From a virus: DNA of 64,000 bases. Positions 36,724-46,464 of the stretch are shown one piece after another (the stretch's first letter is position 1; every line of letters starts with the position of its first letter). The position numbers and the translations under genes are program-made. Location: IMG/VR virus record IMGVR_UViG_3300031240_000002, positions 1 through 64,000 of that record; one strand, 5' to 3'. The notes under the pieces are model-generated. The model had not been told where the DNA came from, did not search any database, and saw only the letters and a list, made by a program, of their open reading frames with translations.

Positions 36724-38432
36724 TAGTGGCTCTCGTGCTCGGCTTCACGCGACTGCATCGGGGTCGATGCTAGACCCTCCAGGTCGCTCTTGAAACGGAG
36801 GAAGACCCGGTCCGGGTCGGCGTCCTCGAACTTCTGCTGGATGTGGATCCCGCCGTTGAAGTTCTGGACCGGGGGACCGCTGACCTTGCGCGCGGTGTCG
36901 TCGATCGTGCTTGAGGTGGCCGCCGCCGTTGCCGCGAGGCTCTGCTGGAGGATCTCGGCCGCCATCGCCCCCAGCTGGCCGCTCGAGGAGAGATCGCCCG
37001 CTCCCGGGATCCGCCCCGCAAAGGACCGCTTCACGTCGTCGGACATCGAGTCCATCACGCCGTTGAACTTCTCCAGCGAGATCGCCCCGTTCTCGAACAG
37101 CCCCTTCTGCTTGAGGATCTCCGCCGCAGCCTGGGCGTGCGCCGCCGCCTCCCGCTTCACCCCCTCGATCTGGTAGGGGCTCAGCTCGGCGTCGTGCTTC
37201 CGGACGTATGCGGTCGTCTTGGCCGCCTTCCCGATCTCGTCGAAGAACCCGCCGAGCTCGCCCGCCGCCTTCTTCCGTCCCTGCCACTCCTCGTAGACGC
37301 CGTGGAGGGCGATCGCCGCCAAGCCAGCCGCCGTGACGATCCCACCGAACGCGGGCGCCACCTTGCCGATCATCCCGAAGATCCCGCCGAGACCCGACAG
37401 CGCCCCGCTGCCCATCGCGCCGCCGGCGGTCCCCAGCGCGCCACCGATCGACGTCGCCATCTGCCCGGCCTTGAGCCCCGCGAAGACCGCGCCGATCGCG
37501 ATCCAGTGATCCTTGATGAACCCGCTGACCGCCTCGACCGCGTGTAGTCCGGTGACCAGCTTCCCCGACACGTCCTCGATGAGCGGCCGCCCGTTGTCCC
37601 GCGCCTCCTTGAGGTGCTTGGCCCAGGCCGAGAGATCGAGCGCGACCTCGTGAAAGAGCGGCGCCGTCGCCCCCCGGAAGACGCTGTCGACCGTCTGCCG
37701 CGCGCGCGCCAGCGACCCGTCGATCCCGTTGTTCATCTCCTCGGCTACCTGCATCGACCCGCGGAGCGCCTTCTCCAGGTGCTGGAGGCGTCCGGCCTGA
37801 GAGAGATGCTGCATGTTGCCGACCGCGTTGTGCAGCGAGATCGCGAACGGGTCGATCCCCTTCACGCGCCCGGTCTGGAGAGCGCGCGCGACGGCGCCCG
37901 CCGCCTCTTCGCCGGTGACCTGGAACCGCTTGGCAGTGGCGGTGGCTTCCTTCGTCAGGTCCATGACCTGCTTCTGGGAGAGGTGCATCGGTCCGGCCGC
38001 CGAGATGACCGTGCGGTAGGCCCCCTGGATGTCGTCGAGCGACGCGCCGTACTTGACGCTCGCCTCTTCGAGCTCCTCGGTGATGTCCTTCGAGAGAACC
38101 AGCGATCGCCGGTAGCGATCAATCTCCGTGGCCCCCTTCTCGAACTTCAGCGCGCCCGCCAGGACGCCGGCGATCCCCTTCTCCGTCCGGCCGAACTCAG
38201 CGTTGACCTCCCGGGCGTGCTCGACCCAGCTCCCGATCCCCACCCCGAGCCCGAGCGCGCCGAGCGTCGAGAGACCGGTCTCCTGCCGGAACTCCCCCAG
38301 CTTGTTCTTCAGCTCGGCGAGATGCTCGGCCCCCTTTCGGTAGGTCTCGAGCATCCGCTCCATCGCCGCGCCGTACCCGGCATCCTTGGCGGTGAACTCG
38401 GTTTCTACTGTCCTGGTTTCGGTCTCTCCCAC
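36723..38432 (-). CDS. tape measure protein
   Basis: 569 aa helical Ala/Gly-rich with hydrophobic segments, after the chaperones. Confidence 0.85.
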   Translation of the reverse strand: MGETETRTVETEFTAKDAGYGAAMERMLETYRKGAEHLAELKNKLGEFRQETGLSTLGALGLGVGIGSWVEHAREVNAEFGRTEKGIAGVLAGALKFEKGATEIDRYRRSLVLSKDITEELEEASVKYGASLDDIQGAYRTVISAAGPMHLSQKQVMDLTKEATATAKRFQVTGEEAAGAVARALQTGRVKGIDPFAISLHNAVGNMQHLSQAGRLQHLEKALRGSMQVAEEMNNGIDGSLARARQTVDSVFRGATAPLFHEVALDLSAWAKHLKEARDNGRPLIEDVSGKLVTGLHAVEAVSGFIKDHWIAIGAVFAGLKAGQMATSIGGALGTAGGAMGSGALSGLGGIFGMIGKVAPAFGGIVTAAGLAAIALHGVYEEWQGRKKAAGELGGFFDEIGKAAKTTAYVRKHDAELSPYQIEGVKREAAAHAQAAAEILKQKGLFENGAISLEKFNGVMDSMSDDVKRSFAGRIPGAGDLSSSGQLGAMAAEILQQSLAATAAATSSTIDDTARKVSGPPVQNFNGGIHIQQKFEDADPDRVFLRFKSDLEGLASTPMQSREAEHESH

Positions 38433-38436
38433 GGCG

Positions 38437-38637
38437 TCACTTCTTCCCCGAGTCGTTCTCGCGCTGGACGATCCTGCCGACAGCGGCGATCAGCCGGCGG
38501 CGCCCCTCGCCGGTGAGCTGCAGGATCTCCGACATCTGCTGGTGCCCGTAGCGCCCGAGATAGGCGATGTCGTCAAAGATCGCGTCTATCTCGCGCTCGC
38601 GGATTAGGGCATTCGCCGAACCCGCGACTTGAAAAAA
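38437..38637 (-). CDS. tail assembly chaperone, -1 frameshift extension (G-T type)
   Basis: T TTT TTC slippery site at 38631-38637 leads into FQVAGSANAL...IAYLGRYGHQ... Confidence 0.75.
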   Translation of the reverse strand, partial: FFQVAGSANALIREREIDAIFDDIAYLGRYGHQQMSEILQLTGEGRRRLIAAVGRIVQRENDSGKK

Positions 38638-38972
38638 TCGGCGCGGTTCTCCTTGCTGACGTTGTGCACGTCGCCGTACGCGGCCACCAGGTAGTCGCGG
38701 CACCTCGGCCCCCAGTTGTCGGTGGGCGAGAGCGCGGGGTCCACCGGCTTCCCGTCGATCTGAACGATCGATCGGACGGCGCGGACCCAGAGCCCCTTGA
38801 AGCCGAAGTCTCCGCCGGCCTCGATGGAGGCGTCCGCCTCCTGCAGGGTCGTGAGCGGCTGGATCGTGAAGGAGTGAGGATCCGTCTCGAACTCCCGATC
38901 GGCATCGGGGATCGTGTAGTCGTAGAGCGGCCTGGCGAGCTGCGGGGCGAACTTTTCGGCGACGGTGGTCAT
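38604..38972 (-). CDS. tail assembly chaperone (G)
   Basis: between tube and tape measure; ends ADFFKSRVRRMP; GGAGG SD. Confidence 0.8.
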   Translation of the reverse strand: MTTVAEKFAPQLARPLYDYTIPDADREFETDPHSFTIQPLTTLQEADASIEAGGDFGFKGLWVRAVRSIVQIDGKPVDPALSPTDNWGPRCRDYLVAAYGDVHNVSKENRADFFKSRVRRMP

Positions 38973-39008
38973 GGGCGGGTTCCTCCGCCGCCGAAGATAC
39001 CACCGGGG

Positions 39009-39455
39009 CTACACCCCCGAGAGAATGAAGTCCTCGGCCTCGCACTGGAACCGGAACCCCCCGTAGCTCTCTCGGTTCTGGAGCGCGAAGGACGGGTCCT
39101 GGAACTTCAGGTCGGGGATGGTGATCCGGGGCCGCGTCCCGTCGGCCATGTTGCAGGTAAAGCGCAGGTTGACCTGGGCGTTCGCCTGCGCGGTCCGGCG
39201 CGCCATCCGGTCGCGCAGCGTGCGCACCATGATGAACGGCTCCTTCGACGTCACGTCGAAACCGAACTCGACCTTGGTCCCCTTGTAGATGTCGTCCTTC
39301 ATCTCGGTCGTCTGACCGAGGTAGGACTTCCGCAAGATCTCGGCGAGGACCGTCCAGGTGAGGTTCTCGATCATGACGAGGGTGCGCAGGATCGTGCCCC
39401 CCTGCGTGATCCGCAGCTGGACCTCCTGCCCCCGGAGTCTGAGTTCGTCGGCCAT
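39009..39455 (-). CDS. tail tube protein
   Basis: 148 aa directly after the sheath gene; AAGGAG SD. Confidence 0.8.
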   Translation of the reverse strand: MADELRLRGQEVQLRITQGGTILRTLVMIENLTWTVLAEILRKSYLGQTTEMKDDIYKGTKVEFGFDVTSKEPFIMVRTLRDRMARRTAQANAQVNLRFTCNMADGTRPRITIPDLKFQDPSFALQNRESYGGFRFQCEAEDFILSGV

Positions 39456-39471
39456 GGTGCTCGTCGTCTCC

Positions 39472-41166
39472 TTATGCCGCTGCCGCGACGCTGGTCGGAA
39501 CCGTGACCGTCTCGCCGATCTCCGCGAGGAACATGATGTAGTCCATGCTCGCCAGCGTCTGGACGTAGACCTTCACCACGAAGATCCCGAGCGCCATCTG
39601 CGCGGCGGTGTTGCCCGAGACGTCGTCGACCAGGTAGTCGACGATCCGCTGCTGGGACGGGTCGTTCACCGACTTGAGGCTGTCGAGGAAGGTCTCGATC
39701 TCCTGGACGAACGCCTCTTGCCGGTCGGTGGTCGACGGCTGCTTCAGGTACGGCGCGGCGATGTCGCCGAGCGTGTCCTCGATGAAGTCGGCCATCCGGC
39801 GCCGCTTGATGGGCGTGCGGGTCGGGTAGAGGACGCTGTTGGCGGCCGTCACCCCTTGCATGAACTGCCAGCCGGCCTGGCGGTCGAAGTAGAGCGCGCA
39901 GACGCCGGCGGCGATGAGGTTGGCGTAGTCCTGCTTCGCCAGCGGGTTGAGGACGAACGCCTGCTCCGGAGCCGTGATCGCCTGAATGAACTGGTTCGCC
40001 GCCCCCGGGTTCACCTCCTGCGGGAAGTTGGACAGCGTCACCGCCATCATCCCGTCGAGGTTGATGGTGACCGCGATGTTGCCGAAGTCGGGCACCACGA
40101 TCTGGTGCTGCGGGTAGCAGATGATCACGCGGTCGGCCGGCTGCGGGTAGGCGTCCGCAGAGGCCAAGCCGATCGCGGCGGTGGTGGCGGCCGCCGCCTG
40201 GATAGCCGTGGTCCCCGCCGCGGGGTCGGCCGAGACGCAGCAGACGCGGGCCGGGCCGTTCCCGGAGGCGTTGTTGGCGTTCGCGCCGAGCGACTGGCGG
40301 ATCGCCTGGGTCCGACGGGCCGCCCAGATGACGTTGATCGAGGTGAGCGGATCCGCGTTGGGCAGCGTCGAGCTGATGGCCGCCGGGTACTGGCTGGCGA
40401 TGCGCGCGGCCAGCGTCGTCCCGGTGCCGCTCGGCCAGAGGATCGTGGCGTTGTTGACCGCCGTGATGGTGGTCGCCGGGTCTGCGTTCGGGATGACCGA
40501 GTCGAGCACGTTGACGATGGCCGTCGCGGCGGTGGCGACCACCGGCTCGACGACGAGGATCGGGAAGCAGTTGACCGCCACCGTGACCGCATTGCTGGTG
40601 ACGGTGGTCCCCTGCGGGATGGTGGTATTCCCGCTGGTCGCGAAGATGCGGGTCGACGCGGCGGCGGTGCTGGAACTCCCGAACCGATAGCCGGCGGGAA
40701 TGGTCAGCACCTTGTTGGTGAGGCCCGCGGCCTGGTCCGCCGCCGCCACCGTGACGGTGATGGTCAGCTGCCCCTTGGTGGTCCCGCCATCGGTCGTCAC
40801 GGCCTCGTGATCGACGCGGGCCAGGATGAGGCGCTGGAAGGTTTTGCCGAGCAGCTGGAGGCCGGCGTTCCCCTCGTAGGCGCTCGCGCCGGCGGCTCCG
40901 AAGATGTTGCCCTGGCGGCCGGCAGAGTCCTGCCCGAGGTAGGGGTAGATCGTCCCGTTCGCGGTGTAGATGGCCCGGTACTGGCCGTCCGACGTGACCT
41001 CGCTGGGACCGAACGGGCCGGCGATGAACTCGCCAACCAAGCAGGCCGCGCCAGGCTGCGTGCCGAGGACGATGTTCGGTCCGGTCAGATCGACGACGAC
41101 GATCTGGGGGACCGCCAGGATCTGGTTGAGCGGCGGGACCGAGGTCGTCCTGAGGAAGAAGGCCAT
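39472..41166 (-). CDS. tail sheath protein
   Basis: LVGEFIAGPFGP N-terminus; IKRRRMADFI...YLVDDVSGNT...GIFVVKVYV C-terminal sheath motifs. Confidence 0.9.
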   Translation of the reverse strand: MAFFLRTTSVPPLNQILAVPQIVVVDLTGPNIVLGTQPGAACLVGEFIAGPFGPSEVTSDGQYRAIYTANGTIYPYLGQDSAGRQGNIFGAAGASAYEGNAGLQLLGKTFQRLILARVDHEAVTTDGGTTKGQLTITVTVAAADQAAGLTNKVLTIPAGYRFGSSSTAAASTRIFATSGNTTIPQGTTVTSNAVTVAVNCFPILVVEPVVATAATAIVNVLDSVIPNADPATTITAVNNATILWPSGTGTTLAARIASQYPAAISSTLPNADPLTSINVIWAARRTQAIRQSLGANANNASGNGPARVCCVSADPAAGTTAIQAAAATTAAIGLASADAYPQPADRVIICYPQHQIVVPDFGNIAVTINLDGMMAVTLSNFPQEVNPGAANQFIQAITAPEQAFVLNPLAKQDYANLIAAGVCALYFDRQAGWQFMQGVTAANSVLYPTRTPIKRRRMADFIEDTLGDIAAPYLKQPSTTDRQEAFVQEIETFLDSLKSVNDPSQQRIVDYLVDDVSGNTAAQMALGIFVVKVYVQTLASMDYIMFLAEIGETVTVPTSVAAAA

Positions 41167-41219
41167 CTATTCTCCGCGGGGTTGCTAGGGTCTCGTCACC
41201 TCCTCCTGGTCGCCGTTGG

Positions 41220-41270
41220 TCCTGAGTTCCCCCGAATCGTCGGCGGGCATGACCCGCCCGTCAAGTAGGG
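41220..41270 (-). promoter_or_regulatory. sheath promoter plus leader motif
   Basis: CCCTAC-TTGACG-N17-GACGAT...GAACTCAGGA, same layout as the capsid promoter. Confidence 0.7.
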
Positions 41271-41276
41271 CCAGCC

Positions 41277-41963
41277 TCAGCGGCCGGGGATCGAGTCGAC
41301 GATCGTGCTCGTGATCCGCACGCGCATCGGCTGCATCGGCTGGAGCATGACGAGCGACGCCTCGGCCCGCAGGCGGAACCGCGCCTCGTAGATCTTCTTT
41401 GCGGAGGTGTCCGCGTCGTCCATCTTCCGCGAGGCGAGCAGCGTCAGGCGGCAGGGGAGCCGCCAGTATTCGGGCATCTCCGCCACGATCACCCCGGCGC
41501 GGTCCCCCGGCGCGAGCCGAGCCGAGCCCGCCTGGCCGTGCCCGTCCACGACCAGCAAGCCGCGCGGGTCCTGGAAGGCCGTCTCGATCCCGCCCTTGAG
41601 GGCGTTGCGCTGCTCGACCTCGCTGGCGCGCACCACGATCTCGAACTCGCGGGACGCCTCCTGGATCTCCATCAGACAGAACCCAGCCTCCCCCTTCGGC
41701 TCCCAGGTGTCCTCGAGCGCGTGGGGGGTCATCTGGCTCGGCCCGTACTTCAGCTCCTCGTCCGGGAGGACGGCGGCCGATGGGTTCACGAAGGCGTCGT
41801 TGAGGTCGGCCCAGTCGGTGAAGAACTCCAGGAGGCGGATGGTGCCGGCGCCGCCGGGGCCGGGGAAGTCGCGGTCGAGGACGCGCTCGACGGCCAGGGA
41901 GATCGCCGTCTCGAGATCGGTGCTCGCGCTTCGGGAATAGAGTTCGCGCTGGAAGATCCCCAC
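41277..41963 (-). CDS. tail terminator/neck protein
   Basis: 228 aa just upstream of the sheath gene; TAGAAT 6 nt before GTG. Confidence 0.6.
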   Translation of the reverse strand: MGIFQRELYSRSASTDLETAISLAVERVLDRDFPGPGGAGTIRLLEFFTDWADLNDAFVNPSAAVLPDEELKYGPSQMTPHALEDTWEPKGEAGFCLMEIQEASREFEIVVRASEVEQRNALKGGIETAFQDPRGLLVVDGHGQAGSARLAPGDRAGVIVAEMPEYWRLPCRLTLLASRKMDDADTSAKKIYEARFRLRAEASLVMLQPMQPMRVRITSTIVDSIPGR

Positions 41964-42006
41964 CCGCCGATTCTAAGCGCGGCGCGCGCGGGCGGCGAGA
42001 CGCTGG

Positions 42007-42646
42007 TCAGACGTCCGCCCAGGCCAGTCCGCGACACAGCCGGCTCACATGCGACGAATGAACCCCGAAGGCCGCTCCCAGCGCGACGGTCGTCTCGCCC
42101 ATGCCCCGCCGCCGCCTGATCTCCACGACGGTCTCGGCGGTGAGCTTGTTAGACCGTGTGTTGTGGGCCTGCTCGGCTGCGGTTGCCCATTTGCAGTTGT
42201 CGGGCTCGTAGTTCCCGTTCGTGTTCTCCCGTTCGATGGAATGCCGCGCAGTCGGTTTACGACCCATGTCCTGCAGGAACGCCTCGTAGGATTCGCGCCC
42301 ACCGCGCGCAGACCTGAATCCCCCTGCCTCCGTAGTCCGAGTACCCGGTCGCGCGTGGGTTCGTGCAGCGCTGGATCATCAGATGCCAGCACTCGTATTC
42401 AGCCGACCGAGGCCCTCGGGATTCGCCGTGTGTCCGCAGCAATGCCCGCGCCTTTTCGGCCGAGACGCACCCACATGACTGGGAGGTGCCGAGCCTGAGA
42501 CTGGTCCCTTTTACCTCGATCTCTCGGCCGCAGTCGCAGCGGCAGATCCACCGTCGGCCCTGGGCATCTGTCCGAGGCGGTCCAACGCGAAGGACGACCA
42601 GCCTGCCGTATCGGTTCCCGGTTTCGTCTTTCGTGCCGCGCCTCAT
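42007..42646 (-). pseudogene. HNH homing endonuclease, frameshifted
   Basis: RYGRLVV...WICRCDCG...SCGC...YGGRGIQVCARW continues as RESYEAFLQDMG...HSIERENTNGNYEPDNCKWAT after removing one G at 42298-42300. Confidence 0.85.
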
Positions 42647-43236
42647 CTAGCTCGCTCGGCCGCCGCTTTTCGATCCCACTCGGCGCGGCCCTCCGGGGTG
42701 AGCATCTGCCAATAGTTGTCGGCGAACAGGACCAGCAGCCGGCGCAGCTCGCGCTGGCCTTCTCTTCCCAGGGCGACATACCAAGGCGCCTTTCCTCCGA
42801 CCTTTCCATCGATAGCCCGATGCGCGTCACGGGAGAGCGGAGCGGTCAAACGATCCGGAGCGCGGCGCCAGCCTCCTGATCCCGTGGCGCCGCGGTCCCC
42901 GAGGTGGGCAACCTCAATCGGGCCGCCATAGCTCATGATGATCGCCACATTGGCTGGCGGGATGTTCCCGTTCCTGGCCAGGCGGCGGAGCATGCACCAG
43001 AGCCCCGAGTAGAAGAGCATTCGGCCGAGCTCTCGGGGGCGCCGTCGGTGCTTGGTCCCCTTCGGCGAGACGGGCTTGGGGAACTTCGGCTGGAAACTTT
43101 CAGGCAACTTCAGCGCGCGCTTTCCATCAACGCGGCGCGATGTGCCCCAGCGCTTCCGCTCGATCGGCTTCCCCCGGCGCATCGGCTGGCGGGGCTTCTT
43201 CGGCGCGCGGACCGGCTTGGGCTGCGGGCGGATCAC
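42643..43236 (-). CDS. DUF968/Ref-like HNH-related protein (Cys ligands partly lost)
   Basis: EVAHLG..G..G..RRAPDRLTAPLSRDAH resembles the AHH...D..TxPLCxxHH pattern. Confidence 0.5.
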   Translation of the reverse strand: MIRPQPKPVRAPKKPRQPMRRGKPIERKRWGTSRRVDGKRALKLPESFQPKFPKPVSPKGTKHRRRPRELGRMLFYSGLWCMLRRLARNGNIPPANVAIIMSYGGPIEVAHLGDRGATGSGGWRRAPDRLTAPLSRDAHRAIDGKVGGKAPWYVALGREGQRELRRLLVLFADNYWQMLTPEGRAEWDRKAAAERAR

Positions 43237-43761
43237 GCGAGCACGGCCTTCACGAGGGTTCTCCAGGCGAGCGCCGCTTGCTGGGGGACGACGGCGTTCC
43301 CAAGTAGGCGCAGGCGGTGTGACCGTCCGGGAACCCCATCATCGCCTCGACGAATCGCGGGTTGAGGACCATCCCATCCGGAGATCGCGGCGGGGCCCGG
43401 CGGGAAGCGGTGCGCACGGTGGCGTCGGTCAGCGTCGTCCCTGGGTGTCGGCCGCTCTCGGTCGAGTAGGCCGCCGCTCCGAACGAGGCTGCGTCCTGCG
43501 CCGTCGGGGTCGGCCACAGCACCGCCTCGTTCAGGTTCGTCACGCCCGGGGGACCGCCCCCCTTCCGCTTCGGTGCGCGAGCCTTCATCGCCGCGACCTG
43601 CTCGGGAGTCTTCGGCGACATCGCGTCGTGGGCCTGCGGTGTTGGCCCCGCGCGTGCGGGTCGATCTCCGCCTGCCACACGACGCGCGCCTCGGGGACCG
43701 CCATCTCGACACCCATCCCGAGCCCTTCGATCCCAGAGAAGAGCGACCCGATGGTCGTCAT
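43233..43761 (-). pseudogene. C5-cytosine DNA methyltransferase with internal deletion
   Basis: MTTIGSLFSGIEGL...VVWQAEIDP (motifs I/II) joined near 43648 to the C-terminal part (WPTP, LNPRFVEAMMGFP; RLRLLGNAVVP); no PC/ENV motifs. Confidence 0.8.
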
Positions 43762-43910
43762 TCACCGGCGTGTTCCGCCTGGCACGCGGCCTCGCGGCGC
43801 TCGCAGTCCCGGCAGACGTCACCATCGTCGTCGACCATGTTCGGGCATCCCTTGAAGCCCGCACATGGGAACTCATCGGCGCGCGTCTCGTCGTCCCATC
43901 CGACCGGCAT
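43758..43910 (-). CDS. small Cys-rich protein
   Basis: MPVGWDDE...C...C...CRDC; ATG 8 nt after TAGTAT. Confidence 0.6.
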   Translation of the reverse strand: MPVGWDDETRADEFPCAGFKGCPNMVDDDGDVCRDCERREAACQAEHAGE

Positions 43911-43917
43911 GGGCTGG

Positions 43918-43928
43918 GATACTACGCG
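43918..43928 (-). promoter_or_regulatory. CGCGTAGTATC motif copy 8
   Basis: its TAG is the stop of 43922-44482; TAGTAT 8 nt before ATG 43910. Confidence 0.75.
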
Positions 43929-44482
43929 CCCCGCCCCGCCAGGAAGTCGTCGATCGCCTCCCGCACCGCCCGGTCGATCTCCACGGCGGCCAGTCTCAGG
44001 ATGTGGTGGGCGGGGAGACCCCGGGCCTTTATCTTGCGGGCGATGGCCAGCGCGATGCCCCACTGCTGGCGGGAGACCTCGACCTGCCGGTCGCTACGCC
44101 GCCGCGCGCCTCGCTGTATAGGACCGACCTGCCGTTGAGCCGGGCCGATGAAGTCGCGCCCGATCCCCTTGCGCTTCACCCACTCGAAGATGACGTCGAT
44201 CGGGGGCATTCGCTGGCCGGGCCGCCGCCCATCCTCGATGACCACGGCGTAGGGGGCGAAGTTGTAGGCGGTGGCGCCGAGCGGGATGTCGTCGAAGCGG
44301 AAGGACCGCCGGTAGGTGCCGCGGTCGACCGGGGCTCGCGCGAGGGCCGAGATCTCCTCCTGCACCGCGCGCGGCCCGTGCAGCTTCACCGTCTTCCGGA
44401 TGACCTCGACCGCCCCCGTCACCAGCTTGGCGTCCTTCTTCAGCTGGTCGTGGTAGCCCTCGTAGGTGAACTTCTGGCCCAC
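43922..44482 (-). CDS. HK97 gp10-like neck/tail completion protein
   Basis: APVDRGTYRRS...APYAVVIEDGRRPG...IARKIKARG. Confidence 0.8.
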   Translation of the reverse strand: MGQKFTYEGYHDQLKKDAKLVTGAVEVIRKTVKLHGPRAVQEEISALARAPVDRGTYRRSFRFDDIPLGATAYNFAPYAVVIEDGRRPGQRMPPIDVIFEWVKRKGIGRDFIGPAQRQVGPIQRGARRRSDRQVEVSRQQWGIALAIARKIKARGLPAHHILRLAAVEIDRAVREAIDDFLAGRGA

Positions 44483-44491
44483 CGGCTGGCC

Positions 44492-45121
44492 CTACTCGGC
44501 GCGGGCGTCGTCGACATCGCCGGTCCGCCCGGCGTCGTAGCCCTGCTTGGTCAGGACCACCGTCCACTGCAGGCCCCCGCGCGTGAGCATGGGGGTGGCG
44601 GTGGGCGGACTGAAACGCCGCGGCGGGGGGACCGGCGAGCTCGGCCGGTTCTCCTGGACCTCGTACCAGAAGTCGGTCGACGGCCGGTTCCTGCGCGGCG
44701 TGCCGGGGTCCACCAGGTCGGGCGTCTTCCCGGTCAGGTCGTCCTCGGTGTAGCGCGCCGAAATCTGGTCGACGATGATGTCCCCCTCCTCCGTGGCGCC
44801 CATGGGGTTGGCGATGCGCCGCACGGCGTTGAGGTCGCGCACGCGGGGGATCGGGACGATCTCCACCCGCGAGGTGATGACCAGCTTCCCAGCCCCGCGC
44901 CCGCGGCGCCCGCCGGCCCCGGTCCAGTAGCCGTGCACCAGGAACACCCGGTAGATGGACACCCCGAGCATGGCCTTGATGTTCCGGCAGGCGTCCACGA
45001 CGTTGACCAGGCGGCCAGCCAGCGTCCCCGGCTCCTGCTGAGGGAAGGGCGAGCGATAGGCCCCAGCGGCCTCGGGAATGTCGCTGGCGGGGTCTCCTGA
45101 GCGCGTCCGGTCGTTGGCCAT
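44492..45121 (-). CDS. head closure/neck protein
   Basis: position between adaptor and gp10-like gene; beta-rich 209 aa. Confidence 0.55.
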   Translation of the reverse strand: MANDRTRSGDPASDIPEAAGAYRSPFPQQEPGTLAGRLVNVVDACRNIKAMLGVSIYRVFLVHGYWTGAGGRRGRGAGKLVITSRVEIVPIPRVRDLNAVRRIANPMGATEEGDIIVDQISARYTEDDLTGKTPDLVDPGTPRRNRPSTDFWYEVQENRPSSPVPPPRRFSPPTATPMLTRGGLQWTVVLTKQGYDAGRTGDVDDARAE

Positions 45122-45177
45122 CGTCCTGACAGCCTACGCCCGAACGCCCCAAGGGCGCGAGCTACGGCAGCCTGGCG

Positions 45178-45732
45178 CTACGCCGGAACGCCAGGGGACG
45201 CATCGTCACGCACGACCAGCCAGACCGCCAGGTCGACCGTGGTCGGCGTGAAGCCGGCAGCGGAGGCGAGGGTCACGCCGAGCGCGTCCCCCTTCGCGTA
45301 CTTGGTCTCGATCAGGTCGACCGGTCCACCCTGCGGGTTGCCGGAGGCGGCCGACGCCACCACGACGTTGCCGGTCGTGGCGTTCGCCACGTTGGCGAGC
45401 ACGCCGGCGGGGGCGATGGTCGGCTGGATGGTGGCGGCCGAGGCGCCGCCCGCCGTCACCAGCGCGTCAAAGTCGTAGACCAGCGCGAGGATGTGCCCCG
45501 AGCTGTGCATCCGGATCTGGGTGGGAGCGTCCGTGTCCACCGCCCCGCCAGCCGCCATGGCCGTGGCCGCCTGGCTGGCCCCGAGGTTGGCCTTCCGGAA
45601 CGGGCCGATCATCCGCACGCGGGCGTTGGCGGTCTCGTTCGCTGGAGCGTTGAACGGCTTGTCCCGGTGGGCGCCGCTGTCGAGCTCCTCGATCTGCCGG
45701 TTCTTCGTGGTGCGGACGGGGGGAACGCTCAT
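45178..45732 (-). CDS. putative virion structural protein
   Basis: ATG 45732 with AGGAG SD; Ala/Thr-rich beta-type sequence in the neck region. Confidence 0.6.
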   Translation of the reverse strand: MSVPPVRTTKNRQIEELDSGAHRDKPFNAPANETANARVRMIGPFRKANLGASQAATAMAAGGAVDTDAPTQIRMHSSGHILALVYDFDALVTAGGASAATIQPTIAPAGVLANVANATTGNVVVASAASGNPQGGPVDLIETKYAKGDALGVTLASAAGFTPTTVDLAVWLVVRDDASPGVPA

Positions 45733-45787
45733 GCTGGTCTCCTGTTGGAAATGAGCGTCGCCCACCTCGGGCGCTCTCGCAAGAGCC

Positions 45788-46219
45788 CTACACGCTGCGG
45801 AGCACGCGGCGGAACATCGCCTGCTTCCCCGTGCCGGTGCCCAAGCTGTTCGAGTAGGAGTTCTGGTAGACCCCCAGGCTGTCGGCCAGCTTCTTCGACC
45901 AGAAGTCGTACTCGCCGCGGAGCGCGTCGGTGATGCCGAGGTTCGGCTTGATCTGGTCGACCTGCTCCGCGTAGAGGAAGTCGGTCGCCCCGAAGATCTT
46001 CACGTAGAGCGAGTCGAGCTTCGAGAGGAGGTCCCGCACGATCCCCGCCCGCGACTGGGGGACGTGCTGGAGCGCGTTCACCGCCACGAACATGTTCTCG
46101 GTCAGCGCCAGCGTGCCGAAGGCCAGGAACGATCCGACGTTCACGAGGCTGTAGCCGAGGTGGTGGAGCACCCGCCCCTGCTCCTCCTGGCTGAAGACTG
46201 CGTCGTTCTCCTGGCTCAC
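45788..46219 (-). CDS. head-tail adaptor candidate
   Basis: FSQEEQGRVLHHLGY...W...LADSLGV; helical, downstream of the capsid gene. Confidence 0.55.
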   Translation of the reverse strand: MSQENDAVFSQEEQGRVLHHLGYSLVNVGSFLAFGTLALTENMFVAVNALQHVPQSRAGIVRDLLSKLDSLYVKIFGATDFLYAEQVDQIKPNLGITDALRGEYDFWSKKLADSLGVYQNSYSNSLGTGTGKQAMFRRVLRSV

Positions 46220-46262
46220 GCTCCGATGGTGCGCGACCGGCGCTCCCCCCGCAATGGGGCGG

Positions 46263-46403
46263 TCAGCGCTGGGCCATCAGAGCCGCCAGCGTCCCGGCGA
46301 AGAACATCGCGAACCCGAGCTGGTCCGCCTTCGGGGGAGCGAAGGCGTAGACCAGCGCGCCGATCACCGCCACCACCACGTCGACGACCATTCGTTCGGG
46401 CAT
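46263..46403 (-). CDS. small two-helix membrane protein
   Basis: VVDVVVAVIGALVYAF...LGFAMFFAGTLAAL. Confidence 0.55.
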   Translation of the reverse strand: MPERMVVDVVVAVIGALVYAFAPPKADQLGFAMFFAGTLAALMAQR

Positions 46404-46464
46404 CCCGGGAACGTGGGGTCGCCCGAGCCCCAACGCAAGAGGTGGCCCAGTCGCTGTCCCGGTA

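Noticed and set aside
39358-41268. 636-aa plus-strand ORF and similar long plus ORFs (e.g. 61868-63487, 22181-23563)
   Set aside because: They mirror well-supported minus-strand structural genes.
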